Assembly (NCBI GenBank): GCA_947479935.1
Contig: CANKBG010000003.1
Coordinates: forward strand, 18,848 to 82,847
Direction of reading: 5' to 3'
Length of the DNA stretch: 64,000 nucleotides
Origin: Comamonadaceae bacterium
Lineage (GTDB): Bacteria; Pseudomonadota; Gammaproteobacteria; Burkholderiales; Burkholderiaceae_C
Below the pieces are notes generated by a model. That model was not told where the DNA came from and did no database searches. It saw only the letters and a program-made list of their open reading frames with translations. The position numbers were made by a program, and so were the translations under genes. Of this stretch, positions 20,608-30,394 are shown one piece after another (position 1 is the stretch's first letter; the number at the start of each line of letters is the position of its first letter).

Positions 20608-20623
20608 TTATGGCTGATCGAAT

Positions 20624-20821
20624 TGTTCTTCATTTCTGTGGATAACTTTGTGAAGAACATGGCTTGATGGTTGCCGGAAGGCGCATGGATATTGGCTTTT
20701 GATTCGGTGCTTCTTTTTTAAACAATAAATACTTCAATAAAATCATGGGGTTATGAGTTTAAATGCGGTCTATTGCCTTGTAGGCTGGCAAAAGAGCGAG
20801 ACAGGCTCGGCCTGTGGACTA
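20624..20821. promoter_or_regulatory. Cluster of co-oriented DnaA boxes with an IHF-like site
   Basis: TGTGGATAA (20637-20645, perfect), TGTGAAGAA (20649-20657), AATCATGGGGTTA (20741-20753, one mismatch to WATCAANNNNTTR) after an A/T tract, TGTGGACTA (20813-20821). Confidence 0.5.
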
Positions 20822-20890
20822 TTTAACCCTGTAACGACAAGCTTCATCTATGAATATGGCTTCGAAAACCGCAAAAAATAAGGCTTTGCA

Positions 20891-22162
20891 ATGGCGCGCA
20901 TAGATTCTGAGCCACGCGTTTGGTCAGTTGGGGCACTGTGCCTTGCAATTGCTGACACTTTAAATGCCAGGTTCAACCCTGTCACGGTGAAGGGAGAGGT
21001 TTCGGGCTTCTCGCGCGCGGCCAGTGGTCATTGTTATTTCAATCTCAAGGATGACAGCGGTCAAATCCGGTGTGCCATGTTCAAAAGGGCCGCCAGCGCT
21101 CTGAATTTTTCACCCAGAGATGGCGAATTGGTGGAGGTTCGAGGCAAATTAGGCGTCTATGAAGCACGCGGCGATTTGCAATTGGTGGTTGAAACCATGC
21201 AAAAGGCTGGACAAGGCGATTTATTTGCGCAGTTCATCAAGCTCAAAGCCACGTTGGAAGCGGAGGGAATTTTTGAGGCTTCACGTAAAAAAGGCATCCC
21301 TGCGCAACCTCGCGCCATTGGTTTGATCACTTCTTTGGGTGCAGCCGCCCTACACGACGTGGTCACAGCTTTGCAACGACGAGTGCCGCACATTCCGGTC
21401 ATTTTGGCACCTGCCTCTGTCCAAGGCGCCAATGCACCCCTAGAGTTGCTTCAAAGTCTACAAAAGCTGGTGGACTGGCACCACAAATCAACGGCCATCG
21501 ATGTCATTTTGATGGTACGAGGTGGCGGGGCCATTGAAGATCTTTGGGCCTTTAACGATGAGACCCTTGTCAGAGCGGTGGCGTCTTGTCCTATTCCCAT
21601 TATTTCTGGCGTGGGTCATGAAACCGATTTCACTTTGACCGATTTTGCGGCCGACCTGCGTGCCCCAACGCCTACTGCAGCCGCCGAGATGGTGGCCACT
21701 GAACGTGCTCAGTTGATGGGAGATTTGTTGCTGATGCAACGTGAACTTGCAGAGGCACTCAGTGCCAGCGTCAACCGCATGAGTCAGCGCCTGGACAGGG
21801 TGGCCAATCGACTGGGGCGGCCCTCCAATCGATTGAATGACCAAAAATCGAAATTGATTCGAATGGGGCAATTGCTCCAATACGCATTGAAATCTCAGGT
21901 TCAGCAGCAAAAACAGGGTTTACTCAAGGTGTCTGAGAGCCTACCAAGGGTGCTACAGCAAGGGGTAGAGAAGCGGCAACAATTGATTCAACACATGGGC
22001 ACTCGTTTGGGGTTGTTGGACCCCCATCTGGTTTTAGAGCGCGGCTATGCATGGCTGACCGACGAAGCTGGGCATGCGCTGACGCATGCGCACGACTTCC
22101 AGCCTGCTCAAAATGTGACGGCCACACTGGCGGACGGGCAAGTGCAATTAAAGGTTAAATAG
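20891..22162 (+). CDS. xseA: Exodeoxyribonuclease VII large subunit
   Basis: GEVSGF..ASGHCYFNLKD, RGGGAIEDLWAFN, SGVGHETD, APTPTAAAE, LERGY. Confidence 0.97.
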   Translation: MARIDSEPRVWSVGALCLAIADTLNARFNPVTVKGEVSGFSRAASGHCYFNLKDDSGQIRCAMFKRAASALNFSPRDGELVEVRGKLGVYEARGDLQLVVETMQKAGQGDLFAQFIKLKATLEAEGIFEASRKKGIPAQPRAIGLITSLGAAALHDVVTALQRRVPHIPVILAPASVQGANAPLELLQSLQKLVDWHHKSTAIDVILMVRGGGAIEDLWAFNDETLVRAVASCPIPIISGVGHETDFTLTDFAADLRAPTPTAAAEMVATERAQLMGDLLLMQRELAEALSASVNRMSQRLDRVANRLGRPSNRLNDQKSKLIRMGQLLQYALKSQVQQQKQGLLKVSESLPRVLQQGVEKRQQLIQHMGTRLGLLDPHLVLERGYAWLTDEAGHALTHAHDFQPAQNVTATLADGQVQLKVK

Positions 22163-22288
22163 AACAAGCAACTCTTTGACATGGGCCAACCCTTAAAGCC
22201 CTGAGCCTATTGAGGGAGTCACAGACAAATGGTGCCGATCAACCTACAATGGCCCTTACGATTTTTAATGCACTTTAACGAGGAACAC

Positions 22289-22870
22289 ATGGAACATACC
22301 CTGCCAGCATTGCCTTATGCCATTGACGCATTGGCACCGCACTACAGCCAAGAAACCCTAGAATTTCACCACGGCAAGCACCACAACGCTTACGTTGTGA
22401 ATTTGAACAATTTGCAAAAAGGCACTGAGTTCGAAGCATTGTCCCTGGAAGAAATTATCAAAAAATCCAGCGGTGGGATCTACAACAACTCTGCCCAAAT
22501 TTGGAATCACACATTTTTCTGGAACTGCATGAAGCCTCATGGCGGCGGCGAACCTACTGGTGCATTGGCCTCAGCCATCAACGCCAAATTCGGTTCTTAC
22601 GCAGCATTCAAAGAGGCTTTTGTGAAAAGTGCCGTTGGCAATTTTGGTTCAGGCTGGACCTGGTTGGTAAAAAAAGCCGATGGCAGCGTTGACATCGTCA
22701 ATATGGGCGCCGCTGGCACCCCTTTGACCACAGCCGACAAAGCCTTGCTCACAGTGGACGTGTGGGAACACGCTTACTACATTGACTACCGCAATATGCG
22801 CCCTAAGTTTGTTGAAACCTTCTTGGATAAATTGGTGAACTGGTCTTTCGTAGAAGCCAACTTCGCTTAA
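22289..22870 (+). CDS. sodB: Fe-superoxide dismutase
   Basis: [31 protein letters not shown] precedes the ATG at 22289. Confidence 0.95.
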   Translation: MEHTLPALPYAIDALAPHYSQETLEFHHGKHHNAYVVNLNNLQKGTEFEALSLEEIIKKSSGGIYNNSAQIWNHTFFWNCMKPHGGGEPTGALASAINAKFGSYAAFKEAFVKSAVGNFGSGWTWLVKKADGSVDIVNMGAAGTPLTTADKALLTVDVWEHAYYIDYRNMRPKFVETFLDKLVNWSFVEANFA

Positions 22871-22909
22871 TGGCCATTTAATTTGAAATCTCTCACAAAG
22901 GTTTCTAGC

Positions 22910-22940
22910 AAAAAACAGCCCTTGAGGCTGTTTTTTTTTT
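22910..22940. terminator. Bidirectional intrinsic terminator between sodB and the convergent SDR gene
   Basis: AAAAAACAGCC-CTTGA-GGCTGTTTTTT with a long T-run. Confidence 0.85.
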
Positions 22941-22978
22941 GGCCGTTCAACGGCTGGGCCGTCATGCTTCATGAGGGC

Positions 22979-23740
22979 TTAGCGAATCATCATGCCGCCA
23001 TCGGCCACAATGGTTTGGCCTGTAATGTATTTGCCCGCTGCGCTGGCCAACAGAACGGCAATACCGCCAATGTCATCTGGATCGCCAATGCGCCTGAGGG
23101 GTGTTTCCTTTTCCACCATGCCCGCTTTGACAGGGTCGTCGGTTAGCGCTTTTGCAAAGTCTGTTCGAATGAGTCCCGGCGCAATGCAATTGACGCGAAT
23201 GTTGTCAGGGCCCCATTCAACGGCCAAATTGCGAGCCAATTGCATGTCGGCTGCTTTGGAGATGTTGTAAGCGCCAATGACAGGTGAACCGTGCAAACCG
23301 CCCACTGAAGACACCAACACAATGGCACCGTTTTTCTTGGCTTTCATGTCTGGGTAGACCATGTTGCAAAGCCATGCACTAGAGAGAACGTTGTTGTGCA
23401 TGATTTTGTTAAAAACTTCATCGCTCATTCCGGTCATGGGCCCGTAGTAGGGGTTGCTGGCGGCATTGCAAACCAGAATGTCAATGGGTCCCCAGGCTTC
23501 ACGGGTTTGTTGGATCATTTTTTCCAATTGTTCTTTCACGGCAATGCTGGCGCTAATGGCCATGGCAGTAGCGCCCTCGGCTTCAATCTCTTTAACCACA
23601 GCCTCGCAGGCGTCTAGTTTGCGGCTGGACACCACCACTTTGGCACCAGCGCGGGCCAATTGGAAGGCAATGGATTTGCCAATGCCGCGGCTGGCGCCGG
23701 TGACAATGGCCACTTTATTTTCCAAATTAAAAAGCTTCAT
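22979..23740 (-). CDS. Short-chain dehydrogenase/reductase
   Basis: TGASRGIG, NAASNPYYG, YNISK (YxxxK), NCIAPG. Confidence 0.93.
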   Translation of the reverse strand: MKLFNLENKVAIVTGASRGIGKSIAFQLARAGAKVVVSSRKLDACEAVVKEIEAEGATAMAISASIAVKEQLEKMIQQTREAWGPIDILVCNAASNPYYGPMTGMSDEVFNKIMHNNVLSSAWLCNMVYPDMKAKKNGAIVLVSSVGGLHGSPVIGAYNISKAADMQLARNLAVEWGPDNIRVNCIAPGLIRTDFAKALTDDPVKAGMVEKETPLRRIGDPDDIGGIAVLLASAAGKYITGQTIVADGGMMIR

Positions 23741-23838
23741 GAGTCTCCTTTAGCAGCGGGGCTGAATAACCAAAGCCTAAAGTGTGCCTTTGATCTGCGG
23801 ATTGAACTGTCGTGCTTGTGTCAGCGACAATGGCGGTC

Positions 23839-24963
23839 ATGGATCGAATTCAAACCGTTATTTTGGGTGCCGGCGTGGTTGGCTTGGCCATCGCGCGTGG
23901 CTTGGCCCTTCAGGGGCAAGAAGTGGTGCTCTTGGAATCTGAAGATGCATTTGGTACCGGCACCAGTTCACGCAACAGTGAAGTGATTCACGCGGGCATT
24001 TACTATCCCGCGGGATCGCTTAAAGCAAAACTTTGCGTGCAGGGTCGGCATTTGCTTTATGCCTATTGCCAAGAGAGAAGCATTGCGCACAAAAAATGCG
24101 GCAAATTGATTGTGGCCACTTCTGTTGATCAGGTTGCGCAACTCAAAGCAATTCAAGCTAAAGCGGCCGCCAATGGTGTTGTGGGTCCAGATGCGTTGCA
24201 ACTTTTGACGAGGGCGCAAGCGCTTGAAATGGAGCCTGCATTAAAGTGCGAGGCCGCTTTGTCGTCGCCGGGTACTGGCATTGTGGACAGCCATGCCCTC
24301 ATGTTGAGTTATTTGGGGGATTTTGAAAACGCAGGTGGCTTGCTGGCGCTCAACTCCAAGTTTGATTCGGCGAAAGTTTCAAATGAAACAGGACAGACTG
24401 AATTTGTCATTCGTACCGCTGATGGCACCGAAATTGTGGCATCGCAAGTGGTCAATTGCGCGGGCCTAGATGCCCCCAACGTGGCCAGGCGATTTGAGGG
24501 CATGGACACTTCTCAAATTCCAAAAGCTTTTTACGCCAAAGGAAATTATTTCAGTTTGTCGGGCCGTTCGCCATTTTCAAGATTGATTTATCCTGTGCCA
24601 GAAGCAGCAGGCTTAGGTGTTCACCTCACACTCGACATGGCAGGGCAAGCTAAATTTGGCCCCGATGTGGAATGGGTCGATTCGCCTCAAAACCTTGAGG
24701 TAAATCCTAGCCGAGGCGATGCCTTTTATGCAGAAGTACGCAAGTACTGGCCAGACCTCAAAGACGGAGCCTTGACGGCTTCTTATGCCGGTATCCGCCC
24801 CAAAATCAATGCGCCTCATGAAACGGCAGCAGACTTTCGCATCATGGGTGCCGAGACCCATGGTGTGAAGGGCTTGGTTCACTTGCTGGGCATTGAATCG
24901 CCTGGGTTAACCAGTTCTTTGGCCATTGCACAGACTGTTTCATCAATATTGCAAAACCACTGA
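23839..24963 (+). CDS. FAD-dependent oxidoreductase, L-2-hydroxyglutarate oxidase (LhgO)-like
   Basis: [37 protein letters not shown]. Confidence 0.85.
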   Translation: MDRIQTVILGAGVVGLAIARGLALQGQEVVLLESEDAFGTGTSSRNSEVIHAGIYYPAGSLKAKLCVQGRHLLYAYCQERSIAHKKCGKLIVATSVDQVAQLKAIQAKAAANGVVGPDALQLLTRAQALEMEPALKCEAALSSPGTGIVDSHALMLSYLGDFENAGGLLALNSKFDSAKVSNETGQTEFVIRTADGTEIVASQVVNCAGLDAPNVARRFEGMDTSQIPKAFYAKGNYFSLSGRSPFSRLIYPVPEAAGLGVHLTLDMAGQAKFGPDVEWVDSPQNLEVNPSRGDAFYAEVRKYWPDLKDGALTASYAGIRPKINAPHETAADFRIMGAETHGVKGLVHLLGIESPGLTSSLAIAQTVSSILQNH

Positions 24964-24965
24964 AT

Positions 24966-26012
24966 TTAATTCTTTGAAATTTGTTTCAAAGCTTGCGCCA
25001 CTTCATGGACCAATGCGGGTCCTTTGTAAATGAGCCCAGTGTAAATTTGCACTACATCGGCACCGGCTTCAATTTTGCTCACAGCATCGTAGCCGCTCAT
25101 GATGCCTCCCACGCCAATGATGGGGAAAGCTGTGCCAAGTTTTTGTCGCAACAATCGGATGACGCGGTTGCTGCCAGCCAGCACGGGCGAACCGGACAAA
25201 CCACCGGCTTCATCTGAATGTGGCATGCCCTTGACTGCATCCCTAGAGAGCGTGGTGTTGGTGGCAATCACGCCATCCATTTGGTGCTTACTTAAACTGT
25301 TGGCAATGACCGCCACCTGTACGTCATCCAAGTCAGGGGCGATTTTTAAAAATACGGGGACACGCTTTTGGTGCTTTTCAGCCAATGCTTGTTTGCGTTC
25401 ATTCAAAGCAGATAACAGTTGGTCAAGTGCTTCGTCAGATTGCAATGAGCGCAGATTTTTAGTGTTAGGGCTTGAAATATTGACCGTGACATAGTCGGCA
25501 TGTTCGTAAACGCCACTCAGGCCAATCAGGTAGTCATCGGTAGCACGCTCAATGGGGGTGGCTGCATTTTTGCCAATGTTCAATCCCAACAAGCGCCCTT
25601 GGCTCCGGAATGTCGACTGCTTAACATGCGCCACAAATGCGTCCAGGCCTTGGTTGTTAAATCCCAAGCGATTGATCAGGGCCTTGGCTTCTGGCAATCT
25701 GAACATGCGCGGTTTGTCATTGCCAGGTTGGGGTAGGGGTGTGACGGTACCCACTTCGACAAAGCCAAAACCCATGGCGCCTAGACCATCGATGCACCGT
25801 GCATTTTTATCGAGGCCAGCGGCCATGCCCACTCTGTTGGGAAATGTGAGACCTGCCAATTGAACGGGATCGGCCACCCAAGGTTGGCGGTATGCACGGT
25901 CAAAAAACGTGTTTTGAGTCTGTGCCAGCTGCTGCAGCGTGAGGTCGTGGGCAGCTTCAGGGTCAAGGCTGAATAAAAATGGGCGAGCAAGTGGGTAAAG
26001 GTTCAGGGACAT
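24966..26012 (-). CDS. pyrD: Quinone-dependent dihydroorotate dehydrogenase
   Basis: [33 protein letters not shown]. Confidence 0.97.
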   Translation of the reverse strand: MSLNLYPLARPFLFSLDPEAAHDLTLQQLAQTQNTFFDRAYRQPWVADPVQLAGLTFPNRVGMAAGLDKNARCIDGLGAMGFGFVEVGTVTPLPQPGNDKPRMFRLPEAKALINRLGFNNQGLDAFVAHVKQSTFRSQGRLLGLNIGKNAATPIERATDDYLIGLSGVYEHADYVTVNISSPNTKNLRSLQSDEALDQLLSALNERKQALAEKHQKRVPVFLKIAPDLDDVQVAVIANSLSKHQMDGVIATNTTLSRDAVKGMPHSDEAGGLSGSPVLAGSNRVIRLLRQKLGTAFPIIGVGGIMSGYDAVSKIEAGADVVQIYTGLIYKGPALVHEVAQALKQISKN

Positions 26013-26055
26013 TGGATAATCTCGTTCAGTCCATGCATTGTCTCAAATAAAGTTT

Positions 26056-26727
26056 ATGAATCAAGACGAACTCAAAGCCCTGGTGGGTCAGGCGGCCCTT
26101 CAATATGTGGTGCCAGGTCAAATGGTGGGTGTGGGCACGGGTTCTACGGTCAACAAGTTCATCGATGCCTTGGCCTCTATGAAGGATCAAATTAAGGGTG
26201 CTGTGTCTAGTTCGGAGGCATCTACTGCACGGCTAAAGGCGCTGGGTATATCGGTGTTTGACAGCAACGATGTGGCTGAGCTTTCGGTGTATATCGATGG
26301 CGCTGACGAAATCAATGGCCAAGGTCACATGGTGAAGGGCGGCGGTGCGGCGCTCACTCGCGAGAAAATTGTGGCTGCCCAGTCCAAAATGTTTGTTTGC
26401 ATTGCCGATGAATCGAAATTGGTTTCGGTCTTAGGTGCTTTTCCATTGCCGGTGGAAGTCATTCCCATGTCTAGCAGTCGCATCATGGCGCAATTTGCAA
26501 AAGTGGGTGGGCAAGCTCAACTGCGCATGAAAGACGGCCAGCCCTTGGTGACCGACAACGGCCAGCACATCATTGATGTGAAGGGCTTGAAAATTGCCAA
26601 TCCGGTGGCCTTTGAAGCCGAAGTGAGCCAATGGCCAGGCGTTGTCACTGTGGGTGTGTTTGCCTATCAGAAGGCCCAGGTTTGTTTGCTGGGCACCTCT
26701 GAAGGCGTGAAGACGCTGAAGTTTTAA
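26056..26727 (+). CDS. rpiA: Ribose-5-phosphate isomerase A
   Basis: [27 protein letters not shown]. Confidence 0.97.
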   Translation: MNQDELKALVGQAALQYVVPGQMVGVGTGSTVNKFIDALASMKDQIKGAVSSSEASTARLKALGISVFDSNDVAELSVYIDGADEINGQGHMVKGGGAALTREKIVAAQSKMFVCIADESKLVSVLGAFPLPVEVIPMSSSRIMAQFAKVGGQAQLRMKDGQPLVTDNGQHIIDVKGLKIANPVAFEAEVSQWPGVVTVGVFAYQKAQVCLLGTSEGVKTLKF

Positions 26728-26731
26728 AAGC

Positions 26732-28786
26732 TCAGTTTGAGGCCATGCCTTGATGGCGAAGCAAGGCATTTAGAGAGGGCTCGCGGCCTCTAAAGGCAAT
26801 GAAAGATTCCAGTGCAGGTCGGCTGCCACCAGCTTCCAAAATAGTTTGCCTGTAGCGCCTGCCTGTTTCTAAGCTGGGCGACCCATCGGGCAGGGCTGTT
26901 TCTTCAAACGCCGCATAGGCATCCGCTGACAACACCTCGGCCCACTTGTAACTGTAATAACCTGCCGCATAGCCACCTGCAAAAATGTGGCTGAAGGTAT
27001 GAGCCATGCGATTAAATTCAGGTGGGTGAATGACGGCCACCTCTGCTCGAACTTTTTTCAAGATGGGCATGAAGTCTTCTGTGGGCTTGTGTTCGCTGTG
27101 TAGCAGCATGTCTAGCAGTGCCAATTCAATTTGGCGCAATGTTTGCATGCCACTCTGGAAATTTTTGGCAGCTACCATTTTGTCGAATAAATCGCGAGGC
27201 AATGGCTCCCCCGTTTTGACATGCGAGGTCATGTGTTTGAGAACTGACCATTCCCAGCAAAAGTTTTCCATGAACTGGCTGGGCAGTTCAACCGCATCCC
27301 ATTCCACCCCACTGATACCCGATACATCTCGCTCGTTCACTTGAGTCAACATATGGTGCAGGCCATGACCAAATTCATGGAACAAGGTGATGACATCGTC
27401 ATGCGTCAGCAAGGGCGGATTGCCATCGACACCTTCGGCAAAGTTGCAAACCAAGTGGGCTACAGGCGTCTGCAACACACCGTTATCGGGCCTGAGCCAG
27501 CGAGCGCGCACATCGTCCATCCATGCGCCACCCCGCTTGCCTGCACGGGCCGGAGGATCGAGGTAAAACTGACCCACCAATTGACCCTTGCGTTCAATGC
27601 GATAAAAAGCGACAGCCGGATGCCATACGGGGGCAGCGTCAAGTCTGATATTGACTTCAAACAAAGTTTCAATGATTTTGAACAGACCCTGAAGAACTTT
27701 GGGTGCCGTGAAATATTGCTTTACTTCTTGCTCGCTAAAGCTGTATCGGGCTTCTTTCAATTTCTCACCAATGAAGGGCCAGTCCCAAGCTTGGGGGTCT
27801 TGTATATTTAAATGGTCGGCAGCAAATTGACGCATGTCTTGCAGGTCTTTTTCTGCATAAGGCCGAGCGCGTTGCGCTAGATCTCGTAGAAAAGAAATGA
27901 CCTTGGCGGGTGAGTCAGCCATTTTGGTAGCGACAGAGACTTCTGCAAAATTTTGATAGCCCAATAACTGAGCTTCTTCTTGGCGCAGTTGCAAAATTTC
28001 TTGAATGAGAGCGCTGTTGTCTAAAGCAATGAACGTCGGATCGGATTGGTCCGATGCACGTGTGACATAAGCACGGTAAAGTTTTTGGCGCAAGTTGCTG
28101 CTTTTAGCAAACTGCATGGTGGGCAAGTAGCAAGGCATTTTGAGCGTAAGTTTGTAGCCGGCGAGGCCTTCAGTTTCGGCGGCCAAGCGCGCAGTATTGA
28201 CCACATCTTCGGGCACGCCTTCAAGTTCTTTTTTTTCTGCGTAGTATGAAAATTTGTCGGTCGCATCTAAAGCGTTCTCACTGAACTTTTGGCTTAATTC
28301 AGCCATCCGTTCTTGAATAGCGGCATACCGTTTTTTTGCTTCACCTTTAAGATCAGCGCCGCCCAGCACAAAATTGCGCAGCGCATTTTTCAGGGCTTGC
28401 TGCTGTGCGCTGTCCAATGATTTTGTAATCACGGACTTGTACTTTTCATAGAGTTTTTCGTCGGCGCCTAGGCGTGTCCAAAATTCAGTCACCTTGGGCA
28501 GTGCGTCGTTATAGGCCGCACGAAACGCTGGCGTATCTGCCACGCTGTTCAAATGGCTTACGGCGCCCCAGGCTGTGCTCAATCGCTCAGTGGACACATC
28601 AAGCACCTTGGCAATGGCATGCCAATCTGATGGAAAGTCTGCTGCCGTGACAGTGTCTAAAGCGGCTGAAGAAGATTTCAACAATTCGTCGACAGCCTCA
28701 TTAACATGCGTTGGTTTGATTTGATCAAACAAGGGAAGACCGGAAGCTTGTAGCAATGGATTAGGGGAATTTGAAAGAGTGGTCAT
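26732..28786 (-). CDS. prlC: Oligopeptidase A (M3 family)
   Basis: GKRGGAWM, HEFGHGLHH (HExxH), ELPSQFMEN, YYSYKWAEVL. Confidence 0.95.
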   Translation of the reverse strand: MTTLSNSPNPLLQASGLPLFDQIKPTHVNEAVDELLKSSSAALDTVTAADFPSDWHAIAKVLDVSTERLSTAWGAVSHLNSVADTPAFRAAYNDALPKVTEFWTRLGADEKLYEKYKSVITKSLDSAQQQALKNALRNFVLGGADLKGEAKKRYAAIQERMAELSQKFSENALDATDKFSYYAEKKELEGVPEDVVNTARLAAETEGLAGYKLTLKMPCYLPTMQFAKSSNLRQKLYRAYVTRASDQSDPTFIALDNSALIQEILQLRQEEAQLLGYQNFAEVSVATKMADSPAKVISFLRDLAQRARPYAEKDLQDMRQFAADHLNIQDPQAWDWPFIGEKLKEARYSFSEQEVKQYFTAPKVLQGLFKIIETLFEVNIRLDAAPVWHPAVAFYRIERKGQLVGQFYLDPPARAGKRGGAWMDDVRARWLRPDNGVLQTPVAHLVCNFAEGVDGNPPLLTHDDVITLFHEFGHGLHHMLTQVNERDVSGISGVEWDAVELPSQFMENFCWEWSVLKHMTSHVKTGEPLPRDLFDKMVAAKNFQSGMQTLRQIELALLDMLLHSEHKPTEDFMPILKKVRAEVAVIHPPEFNRMAHTFSHIFAGGYAAGYYSYKWAEVLSADAYAAFEETALPDGSPSLETGRRYRQTILEAGGSRPALESFIAFRGREPSLNALLRHQGMASN

Positions 28787-28817
28787 GGGTTTATTTTAGG
28801 AAATTTTTCAAAGAATA

Positions 28818-29663
28818 TCAGACGCGTTCTGCAGCCTCAAGAGTGTTGACCAGCAGCATGGTAATGGTCATGGGGCCAACGCCGCCTGGTACCGGGGTGA
28901 TGTAGCCAGCCACCTTTTCGACCCCTACAAAATCGACGTCTCCGCAAAGTTTGCCTTCCTCATTTCGGTTCATGCCAACGTCGATAACGACCGCGCCAGG
29001 TTTGACCATGTCGGCAGTGAGAACATTGCGTTTGCCGACGGCCGCCACAATCACATCGGCCTGAAGGGTCATGGCTTTTAAATCGGGCGTAGCACTGTGG
29101 CAGATGGTGACGGTGGCATTTTTTTGGAGCAGCATGAGGGCCATTGGTTTTCCCACTATGTTGCTGCGCCCAATCACCACGGCGTGCTTGCCCTTCAGGT
29201 TGTAACCGATACTTTCGAGCATCTTCATGCAACCATAAGGTGTGCAGGGCCAAAAACCAGGCATGCCAGTCATGAGGGCGCCTGCGCTGGCAATGTGAAA
29301 ACCATCAACATCTTTGGCTGGCGATATGGCTTCGATCACTTTCTGTGAATCAATGTGCGGAGGCAAGGGCAATTGCACCAGGATGCCGTGAATGGATGCG
29401 TCATGGTTGAGTGCGTCAATGCGGGCAAGCAGTGCTACTTCTGAAAGTGTGTCTGGATGTTTATCTAAGACAGAATGCAAGCCGCTGTCTTGGCAAGCCT
29501 TGACCTTGTTGCGTACGTAAACTTGACTGGCAGGATTCTCGCCCACCAATACAACCGCTAAGCCTGGCGTGATGCCTTTGGCTTTGAGGGTAGCAGTGCG
29601 CGTTGTGACGTCAGCGCGTAATTTTTGTGAGAGGGCATTGCCATCGATTTTTTGTGCAGTCAT
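28818..29663 (-). CDS. folD: Bifunctional methylenetetrahydrofolate dehydrogenase/cyclohydrolase
   Basis: [33 protein letters not shown]. Confidence 0.97.
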   Translation of the reverse strand: MTAQKIDGNALSQKLRADVTTRTATLKAKGITPGLAVVLVGENPASQVYVRNKVKACQDSGLHSVLDKHPDTLSEVALLARIDALNHDASIHGILVQLPLPPHIDSQKVIEAISPAKDVDGFHIASAGALMTGMPGFWPCTPYGCMKMLESIGYNLKGKHAVVIGRSNIVGKPMALMLLQKNATVTICHSATPDLKAMTLQADVIVAAVGKRNVLTADMVKPGAVVIDVGMNRNEEGKLCGDVDFVGVEKVAGYITPVPGGVGPMTITMLLVNTLEAAERV

Positions 29664-29701
29664 CTTGAACTTTACTTCACTGGAAACTTCATTCTTCAAG
29701 T

Positions 29702-29734
29702 AAAAACGCCCGCGAGTTGAAGGTTCACGGGCGT
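29702..29734 (-). terminator. Intrinsic terminator after the response regulator gene
   Basis: ACGCCCG...CGGGCGT stem (extendable with G-U) followed by TTTT on the minus strand. Confidence 0.6.
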
Positions 29735-29753
29735 AGTCTGGTCAGAATTGGTT

Positions 29754-30380
29754 CTAGGGTTTGGGGGCGTTTTGTCCCAATGCAATTTTGAGCAAATCGG
29801 CAACGGTATTGGCGTTGAGCTTTTCCATGATATTGGCGCGGTGTGCTTCAACTGTTTTAATGCTGATGCCCAAGTCGTCTGCAATTTGTTTGTTCAAACG
29901 ACCCGCCACAATGCGCTCCAATACCTGCGCTTCGCGGCCTGTCAGTTTGGACAGCAGGGCATCACGGTTGGCAGCGTTTTGGTGATCCGAAAAAGACTCT
30001 CTCGCACTGTCTAGCATGCGCTCAACCAAGCTGACCAATTCATCTTCTTTAAAAGGCTTTTGAATAAAGTCCATGGCCCCTTTTTTCATGGTGTTCACGG
30101 CCATAGGCACATCGCCATGACCGGTAATGAACACAATGGGCAAGGGTGAGCGGCGCTCGACCAATTTGTCTTGCAGTTCAAGGCCCGTCATACCACCCAT
30201 GCGGATGTCAACAATGAGACAGGCTATTTCACGGGGGTCGTATCGGCTAAGAAATGATTCTGCCGAGTCAAAGCACCTGACGCGGTAGTCTTTGCCTTCT
30301 AGGAGCCACTGAAGAGAATCGCGAACGGCTTCGTCATCGTCAACAACGTAAACAGTTCCTTTTTTGGGTATCAAACTCAT
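29754..30380 (-). CDS. fixJ: FixJ/NarL-type response regulator (REC + LuxR HTH)
   Basis: VVDDD, DIRM, TGHGDVPMAV, KP, LTGREAQVL..NKQIADDLGISIKTVE. Synteny matches the Burkholderia fixLJ-pdh locus as I recall it. Confidence 0.8.
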   Translation of the reverse strand: MSLIPKKGTVYVVDDDEAVRDSLQWLLEGKDYRVRCFDSAESFLSRYDPREIACLIVDIRMGGMTGLELQDKLVERRSPLPIVFITGHGDVPMAVNTMKKGAMDFIQKPFKEDELVSLVERMLDSARESFSDHQNAANRDALLSKLTGREAQVLERIVAGRLNKQIADDLGISIKTVEAHRANIMEKLNANTVADLLKIALGQNAPKP

Positions 30381-30394
30381 CGGGGTTCCCAGTG

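Noticed and set aside
20624-20821. DnaA boxes as the chromosomal origin oriC
   Set aside because: Only one perfect box, no dnaA/dnaN/gidA/rpmH nearby and no clear repeated unwinding element; kept only as a datA/DARS-like candidate.
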